Assembly (NCBI RefSeq): GCF_964204865.1
Contig: NC_135264.1
Coordinates: 13,702,001 to 13,766,000, forward strand
Reading direction: 5' to 3'
DNA length: 64,000 nt
From: Styela clava
Lineage: Eukaryota
Part shown: one piece after another, positions 55,398 through 64,000 of the stretch
How positions within the stretch are numbered: position 1 is the first letter of the stretch
How the letters are laid out: each line of letters opens with the position of its first letter
Made by a program: the position numbers and the translations under genes
Notes under the pieces: generated by a model
The model's database searches: none
What the model saw: only the letters and a program-made list of their open reading frames with translations
What the model was told of the DNA's origin: nothing

Positions 55398-57817
55398 GAA
55401 ATAATCTTATAGGAATGAATGAATCCTTTGAATAAATGACAATTTTATGAGCAATTGTGCTTTATTGATTAGGTCAGCTTGCCAGATCTGTGTTGTTTGG
55501 AGATATATGCTTCTAGTAGGAGTATAGCTGACCAGGCATGAATCGCATGGGAACCAAATCCACTCGTTGCTTGGTTGTATAGAGTTACTCTAGCCTTGTT
55601 AGAACCAAATGTCTTCGCAAATTAATTTTGGATTCGCCCCAGGAAGCACAATAAACGACATGTCGCACACTACACTTCGATTCTCCTCGAATGTGAGGAA
55701 TAATAAATGGTTTCAAGTGGTTGAACAGCGGCAAGGTTTACTCCCCCAGCTTGCACGAACCTTTTTTCAAATGTCATTTTCCCACTTTTAATATCGACCT
55801 AAGAATTGACTGACTGTGCACATCGTAATTGGTCAGTCCTATTTTATTGACAATTTTCATTTTTGAGAGGTAACATTTAAACAATACAACAATTTTATTT
55901 CGATACGTTATCCCCATTTCCCTTAATTTTTTCTGTCTTTTATTTGAACAAAAAAGTAATCTTTATATTTTTCAAAATAGCCGACCCCCCCCCCCCCAAA
56001 AAAAAAGCGTTCGCTTCGTCGTTAAAGAATGCAGATACACCGAACTCACGTTCCTGCGACCTCGAGCGCGTGATTTAGGTGTAATACAGGTATTACGTCA
56101 CCCGTATGCGATAAACAAGGTTTTTATCTGAAAAAATACGGTACCCTGGTTTACTAATGAAAATATGTTGATATAGTCTTATTATATTCGCCAAAACGAG
56201 TCCTCTTTTTTACCTTGAATCTTGACTGAGTTATTACTATATTTACGCAAAAGGTGGTATCGCAAACGTTTTTGTGCAACAGATAACAGCCCGACAGTAT
56301 TTCGAAATCGCACGTCTATACGTCTGCTCGTGGAAATGGATTTTTTTGACAACCTGCCTTATAATATTTGTGTGTCGGCGGTATTGAGCTAGAAGGCGTC
56401 ACCTTAGTTGGCGTAGCGTATGCTGTGTATCTGTATCCTTTGTTACGTCTGCGTTATGATTGTTTATCCGGTAATAAAATCCTATTTGTTGAGAAAAGGG
56501 ATTGATATATGATCCCAATCGCTTTTTGAATACCCGGCGCATATAATTAGGGAATAAACTTATACTTAGGGAATAAACTTATACTTATTATTATTATACA
56601 GTCATACGCTACCGTACGCCTCGTTTGAAGTTGTAGCACTTTTATTCAAGGTTCGTCCCGTGTGTCTGTGCAGTGTGTGTTGTTTTGCTTGTTGCAGTGT
56701 TGTGAAATGCTTAAATCATTATAAATTTTAATAATCCAAGTTAGTAGTAGGCAAGTAACATAGTGATAGATTTTAAATAAAAGACATTTGAAGGCACTAC
56801 CGGTATTGCTGTAAAATGATATTGCTGTAAGATGATACTGACATACCGGTCCCAGCAATAAAAATGGGAACCGGTAACAGAGCAGCGTAAAACACGAAAC
56901 ATTAGAAAACACAGAAACAGGGAATAAAATAAATGCAAAACTGCTGAACTGAGTTGATAATTGTGGAATTTAATGTACAAAGTTAATATGACTAGTAGAT
57001 TTGCATTCTAAAAAGAAAAAATGGTTTCAGAGAAAACTGAAACATGTCGAAATATAATTTGTTTTTTTTTCCAGTTTTGCACTGTCAGACTGTTCACTTC
57101 TGCTCCCGTCTATTTACTTCTGCAGTTATAGTTTGCGCAGTTTCACTCGATTTACCTTGCTTTGTAAATTTTTAGTAAATAAAATACAGAAATAGGTTGG
57201 GTAGGGCACAGTTCTTCAACTCCTAGTTGTCCCAATAATTTGTTCAATTAAACCGACACTCTCTGAAACGAGGGCATCCGGCATGACGGCAGATGCGTCA
57301 GATTGGGCCATGCCTGTCTCAATAATAATTTGAATAAATCATGATGTGCGTCGGCCGTCGCACGGCCAGAATTACGTTGTTCAGCTAAAAACCCGAATGC
57401 TGCTGTAAATAATCTTTCTTCTGTAAATTGGGTTATTTTTTCTGAGAAATCCAATGATGTCGTTTTGGGATTGTGCTTTCTTTCACCTTATTGTGCTGTG
57501 CCAGATTTTGGCGCCCTAGACTGTCTCATAACAGAGGGGTTTTCACTCACTGTTATAATTTATGTCTTTTAATGTGGGAGCTATTCTTGGAATCAGAGAA
57601 CTGTGACATACTGAGATTTGTACCTATTTCTGCCCTTTCTATCTCGCAATGAGGTAGCATGGTTGTCTAAAATAGCTATTTCATTTTGATCACAATCGGA
57701 TGTAATTCTTATATGTGATACGTTTTATCTTGTGCAGATGATTATGATAGTCCAATCTAAATCACCCATGCATGGATGACAAGTGCATAGTTGGCTGAAT
57801 GTGATGCAACAATTGTC

Positions 57818-59950
57818 ATGGAGTTTCCTATCCAATCAGAAGAATATGCGATGGATCATATAGTTGTTGAAGAAGCATCAATAGCATTAGTTCGAGAATT
57901 CTTAAATCGTAAGGGATGTAAAAATTCGCTGAGTGCTCTTGACGATGAACTACCAAGAGGTGATGCCAGTATATGCAATAGAGCGGAATTAGCACAAACA
58001 TTACACATTGCCCCCCTTATTCGTAAAAATAAAAGCTTGACGGATCCATTTCGAACTATAATTGAAATTATTGTTTGGGATGTTATTAAAAAACACAAAA
58101 AACTAACCAATGAAAATCAAAGCAAATTAACACGACCCAGTACAGCGAAAGCTAAATTGTATTCTGCTTCAACACCAACAGGGCCCGAGACGTTAGAATT
58201 AAAGGATGTCAATTTTGAAAATAATGCGGATGTATCAAAACCTATGAAGTACGGTCAATTTCAGGACTCAATGCTGAAACATAGGAGGCAACAACCTGAA
58301 TCAACTCGAAAAACTAGATCATATAATCCTTCTATTAATCCTATGATAATTTCTGGTCTCAGGGTTTCAAATTCACTCACGAAGCACAGACAAAAGAAAG
58401 CTAGCTCTGTTGCTGAAATGTTGTCGGCAAGTCCAGATAAAATAATCTCTTCTCATGATACAATTTCTCAAGAAGACGAAAAAAAGAAAACCAAAAATGT
58501 TGTAAATTCAACTGATCATACTGAAAAAAGTACGGATACAAACTCCGCAATAGTTCCTGAGAATAAAACACATCTGAGGAATTCGTCCGATCGCTATGAG
58601 CAATCGTCACCTGGAAAGAAAAAACAGGACACTGTGCTAGTAGATTTTGATGATGAAGAATGGACCGAAGATAGTAAATGTGAAAAATGGATTTCAGGAC
58701 TGGATAAACTGAGTTTTAAATATAATACAAACAAATCCAATGAAGTATACCATGCACAACCACAACAAAAGGTTTTGGAATCTAGGAATGAATCGATTTT
58801 AAATAAAAACCAAAAACCGCAAAAAATTTCTAGAAAAGTAGGGTTCAATTTGCCGCAATCTGGCATGCCGTTGGATTTCCAATCAGCAGTAAAACTTCGC
58901 AAAATTGTGTTTGGGTCTGCAAGTGTTCGGGGATTCCCAGAACAATGGATAAATCAGTCGTTTATGTTCAGAGACTGTAAAGATGAACGAACGGTACGTT
59001 TGAGATTCGGAATCATTCAGAAAAAAGGAGGGCCGTGCGGCCTTCTTGCTGCTGTACAAAGTTATGTTTTGAAACATTTATTGTTCGGAAAAGTTGGAAA
59101 TGACGGATCTGAAATCAAAAAAGCAGAACCGTCTGCACTAAATTGCAAAAACGAAATCCGCACGAGTTGTCTCGCTGAAGCGATTATTGAAATTCTCTGG
59201 CAAGCAGGAGGCGGCCGCCGAGCAGTCGTTGCGTTACTTTCAAATAGGCAAAGTTTTAGCCCCACCGGGAATTATAAAGAAGATAGTATTACTGAATTTA
59301 TTGTAACAAAAAATTGCCAATCTTTAGAGTCTTTGCATCACACAATATATAACAGTATCTCACAATTTGAATCTGGACGAGGCGCTGCGATCTTATTACT
59401 ATATTCAGCTATATTATCCAGGGGAATCGGAGAAGTAACATCAGATATGGATGATCCTGGCAACATATTAATGGGAGCACATTCCTATTGTACACAGGAG
59501 ATGGTAAACCTTCTCACATTGGGTTTTGCTATTTCCAATACTTTCAATGACACAGTGCAATTAGATGGAGGTTTGATATTAAAAGGTGCCAAAGCTCGTT
59601 CTAACATAGGTTTGTTGTCTTTGTTTGAACATTATGGTTCATGCACTGTCGGAAGTTACTTAAAAACCCCTAGGTATCCCATTTGGATTGTTTGTAGCGA
59701 GAGTCATTTCAGCGTTTTGTTTTGTTTAAATCGTGATCTTGTCAATGATTGGACGGTAGAACGTTTGTTTGATCTGTACTATTATGATGGATTAGCCAAT
59801 CAGGATGAAGAAATGAGACTTACTGTGAATACGATGCAAAAACCACAACCAAAAAAAGATAATGACTTGATTCCGCCTTTAGAACTTTGCATTCAAACAA
59901 AATGGCCTGATTCAGTTATTGATTGGAATGGTACTGATCCTTTGCTTTAA
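57818..59950 (+). CDS. MINDY4: MINDY-family deubiquitinase MINDY4 (FAM188B), intronless, ~700-710 aa
   Basis: N-terminus MDHIVVEEASIALVREFLNRKG is MINDY4-like. Catalytic Cys in GIIQKKGGPCGLLAAVQ, YCTQEMVNLL, catalytic His in PIWIVCSESHFSVLF, FDLYYYDGLANQ and C-terminal PPLELCIQTKW..IDWNGTDPLL. Start is 57818 or 57851. Confidence 0.92.
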   Translation: MEFPIQSEEYAMDHIVVEEASIALVREFLNRKGCKNSLSALDDELPRGDASICNRAELAQTLHIAPLIRKNKSLTDPFRTIIEIIVWDVIKKHKKLTNENQSKLTRPSTAKAKLYSASTPTGPETLELKDVNFENNADVSKPMKYGQFQDSMLKHRRQQPESTRKTRSYNPSINPMIISGLRVSNSLTKHRQKKASSVAEMLSASPDKIISSHDTISQEDEKKKTKNVVNSTDHTEKSTDTNSAIVPENKTHLRNSSDRYEQSSPGKKKQDTVLVDFDDEEWTEDSKCEKWISGLDKLSFKYNTNKSNEVYHAQPQQKVLESRNESILNKNQKPQKISRKVGFNLPQSGMPLDFQSAVKLRKIVFGSASVRGFPEQWINQSFMFRDCKDERTVRLRFGIIQKKGGPCGLLAAVQSYVLKHLLFGKVGNDGSEIKKAEPSALNCKNEIRTSCLAEAIIEILWQAGGGRRAVVALLSNRQSFSPTGNYKEDSITEFIVTKNCQSLESLHHTIYNSISQFESGRGAAILLLYSAILSRGIGEVTSDMDDPGNILMGAHSYCTQEMVNLLTLGFAISNTFNDTVQLDGGLILKGAKARSNIGLLSLFEHYGSCTVGSYLKTPRYPIWIVCSESHFSVLFCLNRDLVNDWTVERLFDLYYYDGLANQDEEMRLTVNTMQKPQPKKDNDLIPPLELCIQTKWPDSVIDWNGTDPLL

Positions 59951-61345
59951 AGGGCTTTAATTAATAAAATACGTAGGATTACGATATCATTGTCAAATAT
60001 AATCTATGTTTAAGTACTGTGTCATAGGTTTTACCAAAATAAGTTGATTAATTCTTTGAGGGGATGTCCGTATCAATAAAGATGTGATAACAAAATTATT
60101 TTTTTTTAATTTATTTTTTTTTAAATATTTAATAACAACATTTTTTATTGTAGTTGCTTTTTCAACATCGAATCGATAGCGCAGATCAAATATTTACATG
60201 ATATTCAGTTGCAAAAACAATCAGAATAATATCAAAACATTGCGTTTGAATATTTGGTCTTCATTCATTGCTTGGTTGAATGGTGGCCTATGTGTTAGGT
60301 TTCCCTATTATAATGACAATAAGTACTAAAGTATTACTCGAATTCATGCATTGTTTCATTCATTTTCAGTTGCTTGTTGCTATCTTATTCTGTTTGACTC
60401 ATTTTTGTCATGCTTCTTCTATTTATATGCCATTTTGATTGCCTACTTTAGTTATTAACTGAAATAACTTTTTATATATTGTATACTGATTGTTAGACAA
60501 AATTTCAAATTCTGAAAAGAAAATTCAAAGCACTTTTCTAAACAGTTGGGATTCATGTCCCATTTTCACATATTAATGTCATATATTATATATTGCGGTT
60601 CTTGGCTGAACTGAACGCAAGTTTATTGCAACTGTATTATTGGACCCTCTTGTTATATTGGTGCTTGCAATTCAATTCAATATACTCAAATATATTTTAA
60701 ATCACTTTAGTTGAACTTTAATCCATGATTACTAACATTTGCACTGTAAATTTCAAAGCAATTATTTCGTAATCTCACTGTATTTTCTGTAAATTTTGTA
60801 GTTTAATACGTAGTTATTTATTTATGCTTTTAATTGGTACTCTCTGTGTTTACCTTCTTTTAGTTTATTCCAATAATATTCTATAGAGTGGTCTTATCAT
60901 TCAGTATTTTATCTTATTGAAGTGACTTCGTTTATGAACACAACCAAATAATAAGTGCCGATTAAACTCTATTATTCAAATACATTTTTTAGCGTTGGTA
61001 GATTTTTAAATTCTATTCAAATCTGAAATTTCAAATATATTTTTATGAATACCTCTATGTAAGCTATTACTTAGAAGAGTTATTGATTCAAATTGATCGT
61101 TATTTCCATGTTTGGGCATAGTCTCACCTAATCTATTAAATAATATATTGTTTTATTTGAAAAGGTGCACATTGTGTGTATTATATGTATACTTTCGAAT
61201 GACTTTTAATTAGTTTATGTATTTAAAATTTAATCTGTCTAGATAGAAATTGTTTTTGTCCTATTCTTATTAGATTTAGTAGATAATTGGAACATGTGAA
61301 AAAAGTTATTTTTTCTTTGTGTTAAGTAAAACTTGTAATTGTCAT

Positions 61346-62341
61346 ATGCTAAATATGGCGAGCAGTTCTGTTCCTTGTGACACTTTGATGATATGTCATC
61401 CCTCGATGTCAATATTAGCGAAAAAGATTAATGATCTCGTTGCCAAGTCTCAAGGTAAAAGAATTGTATTCAAAGAGGATATACATTGGAAATTTTTTGA
61501 GGACGGATATCCAAATATCTTTATCGATAATATCGAAGAATGCTCTGGGAAACATGTTATTTATCTTGGAAGTTTTTATTCTCCGTCAGTTGTTTTTGAA
61601 CAATTATCTGTGCTTTATGCTTTGCCCAAGTATTCTGTCAGATCTCTGACTTTCGTTTTACCGTTCTTTCCAACTGGTACCATGGAACGAGTTGATACCG
61701 AAGGACAAATTGCTACTGCGAGTACAACTGCACGTTTGTTGTCAGCAACACCGTTAACTGCAATGGGGCCTACCCAGTTGTTGACATATGATATTCATGC
61801 TTTGCAAGAACGGTTTTATTTTACGGATAATATTATCCCACGTCTGATGTCTGCAGTTCCAAGATTTTTACAAGAGCTTAAAACGCTCAAAAATGCAAAT
61901 GAGAAAATTGCTATTGCTTTTCCCGATGAAGGCGCACACAAGCGATTTCATACGTATTTTAAAGATTTTCCTGTGATCCGTTGTATAAAAAGAAGACGCG
62001 GTAAAGACAGGGAGATCACGATCGTTGATGGTAATCCAGAAAACCATCACGTTATAATAGTTGACGATTTGGTCAACACTGGTGGCACAGTGCTAGAATG
62101 TATATCATGTATGAAATCTGCAAAAGCTTCAAAAGTAAGCGTCTATGTTACGCATCCAGTTTTTCCTCAAGATTCGTGGAAAAAGTTCATACATGCAGAG
62201 GAGAATTTAAATACTCCTCATATGTTTTGGATAACTGATTCATTACCGCATGCATTAGAAATTGTTAAATATAAACCATTTCAATTGATTTCTCTAGCTC
62301 CAAGTATATGTGCAGCCTTAGGAGTTGACATTCCAGAATAA
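61346..62341 (+). CDS. Class II (plant PRS3/PRS4-type) ribose-phosphate pyrophosphokinase, intronless, ~330 aa
   Basis: WKFFEDGYPNIFI, FEQLSVLYALP, VLPFFPTGTMERV..EGQIATA, DIHALQERFYF, IAFPDEGAHKRF and the PRPP-binding loop VIIVDDLVNTGGT, then VYVTHPVFP. These are class II signatures and differ from class I (PYARQD, DLHA.QIQGFF). Confidence 0.9.
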   Translation: MLNMASSSVPCDTLMICHPSMSILAKKINDLVAKSQGKRIVFKEDIHWKFFEDGYPNIFIDNIEECSGKHVIYLGSFYSPSVVFEQLSVLYALPKYSVRSLTFVLPFFPTGTMERVDTEGQIATASTTARLLSATPLTAMGPTQLLTYDIHALQERFYFTDNIIPRLMSAVPRFLQELKTLKNANEKIAIAFPDEGAHKRFHTYFKDFPVIRCIKRRRGKDREITIVDGNPENHHVIIVDDLVNTGGTVLECISCMKSAKASKVSVYVTHPVFPQDSWKKFIHAEENLNTPHMFWITDSLPHALEIVKYKPFQLISLAPSICAALGVDIPE

Positions 62342-63397
62342 ATCTCATATTTCATACCCTGTTTCAATATACGAGAACTGAAGATTTCATATATTTGTGT
62401 CTTGTTCTGATTCGTGGAAGATAAAACCTTCTTCATGTTTTAGTTTTAACAGTTTTTTTTGTAATTATATTCGGAATTTTATATAATATTTTAAATAATC
62501 GTCACTGATTTATGCAATCTGTAAGAAGTTTTTTTGTTTTCACATTTTAAAAAAAAATTAATATATTGTGAATTTTAATTTCATTTAACTGCTGTAATAC
62601 TTTATTTAATAGTCGAGTAGTAATAAAATTGTTAAAAATGCTTTTATATATAAAATAACCCTGAGTGGCTGAAATATAACGAAACGAAATATAATATGTG
62701 TTCAAATATACAATTTAAAAGTTAACATGAATCAAGAATTTGTTTTCCTATAGTAAATAAGGATCATTCAAGACCGAATTCTAGACACTATTTTCTTAGA
62801 TTCTTTATTTATTATGAGTTGAAGCAACTTTAGTTAGCCTTCGTTAAAACCTATAATTTGTATGATACCTTGCCCAAGCTACCATTATGTAAATTATTAT
62901 AACTCGTATTCACAGTTTGACTGTTATATTTGTAACATAAAATCTATATTTTATGGAACTTACCTAATTCACTGCGTTGCATGCAATGCTATATTAGCCC
63001 ATAATATGTTCCCCACCTCTGTGTAAGAGGTTCCTCATTTTTTTGGTTAAATACCACCAGATATAAAATGAACAGCAGTTTAGTCCTATTGCAGGACTTT
63101 GGGTTGTTCACATAACATTAGACAGTAATTTTCTAGCTGTGGATAATATGGTTCACCCAATCACCCATGATACTTATACGCACTCTGATTTTTTTTTTAA
63201 GATTTCTGGGTGTTATTAGCTGTGGATACTATGGCTTGCTTTACTGATAATACTGATATGCACTCTTGAGTTAATTTAAAAAATTTTTTATTTTTTTTGA
63301 AGATCTCTGAATGTGATGTGTCTGTGGTATAGATTGTTATAGCTACCACTCATTTGCTTAGTTATTCGTTGCTTACCAGTGACAATCTAAAGACAAT

Positions 63398-64000
63398 ATG
63401 ATGGAAGGTGGGGAACTAGTCTATGGTTCGGACCAGGAATATGACAACATTGCAACATCGTCTGAACCTGTTCAAGGACTCGCCACGAGCGTTTATAAAG
63501 AATTTGAGAAAATGATTGCAAATTATGATCAAGATGTCGTAAGAGACTTAATGCCTCTTGTCGTAACAATGTTAGAAACTCTTGACCAAACAATCACTGA
63601 AAGAAACGAGTCTGCCGTCGAAATAGAGCTGCTGGAAGAAGACAAAAAGCAACTGAAATCACAGTTCGAACGTGAACGCCAACAAAAAAGACTCGCAGAA
63701 CAACGACTCATCGAAAATGAAGATGTTGCTGAAGCTCTTTCTCGAGACTTGAAACAGCTGAACGAAAAGTTCGAAGTTACGTCACGACAGCTTGAAATGA
63801 AATGTAAAAGTCAGGCAGATCAAATTGAAAGATTACTCGACCGTGAAATGGAGTTGAAAAAGGAATATACAGAACTTCATCAACGACATTCTGAAATGAT
63901 TCGTTCCTATGTAGAACACATTGAAAAAACAAAAACTCTCCAACAACACCTTACTCCAGATTCTATTTCTTATTCCCCAATTCCTAAAAAGCATTTACCA
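63398..64000 (+). CDS. JNK-interacting protein 3/4 family scaffold (MAPK8IP3/SPAG9/unc-16/syd), 5' part, runs off the window
   Basis: Open frame from ATG 63398 to the window end: SEPVQGLATSVYKEFEKMIANYDQDVVRDLMPLVVTMLETLD (RH1 domain), then coiled coil ELLEEDKKQLKSQFERERQ ... EMELKKEYTELHQRHSEMIRSYVEHIEKTK. It is missing from the ORF track because it has no stop in the window. Confidence 0.9.
   Translation, partial: MMEGGELVYGSDQEYDNIATSSEPVQGLATSVYKEFEKMIANYDQDVVRDLMPLVVTMLETLDQTITERNESAVEIELLEEDKKQLKSQFERERQQKRLAEQRLIENEDVAEALSRDLKQLNEKFEVTSRQLEMKCKSQADQIERLLDREMELKKEYTELHQRHSEMIRSYVEHIEKTKTLQQHLTPDSISYSPIPKKHLP

Noticed and set aside
38221-59265. Antisense ORFs overlapping MTPAP and MINDY4 (and 21588-22018)
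   Set aside because: Shadow frames of real coding sequence, with no independent support.

Overview
This is AT-rich, intron-containing animal genomic DNA, not prokaryotic. The compact gene spacing, tandem intronless genes and repeat types suggest an invertebrate chordate such as an ascidian (inference, not proven). Manual splicing of the ORF fragments gives nine genes: RSRC1 (+, 12 coding exons, one ~11.6 kb intron); a two-exon 197-aa orphan (-) whose C-terminal half resembles the sperm Ca2+-channel subunit CatSper-zeta/TEX40, usually described as mammal-specific; KIAA0930 (+); LMF2 (-, 17 exons, two GC-AG introns, stop 55 bp from the KIAA0930 stop); intronless MTPAP (-); an enlarged MRPS30/mL65 (+); and a tandem intronless run of MINDY4, a plant-type class II PRPP synthetase and the 5' end of JIP3/JIP4 (+), possibly a trans-spliced operon. 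Introns and intergenic DNA carry Merlin-like MITEs with TTAGGG motifs, hAT MITEs and a Buster-type remnant, a decayed Mutator-like element and a tRNA-derived SINE family. Best leads: the CatSper-zeta-like gene, duplicated 19-nt candidate poison microexons in RSRC1, the class II PRPP synthetase and the operon-like intronless cluster. All homology calls come from recalled protein motifs; no database search was run.
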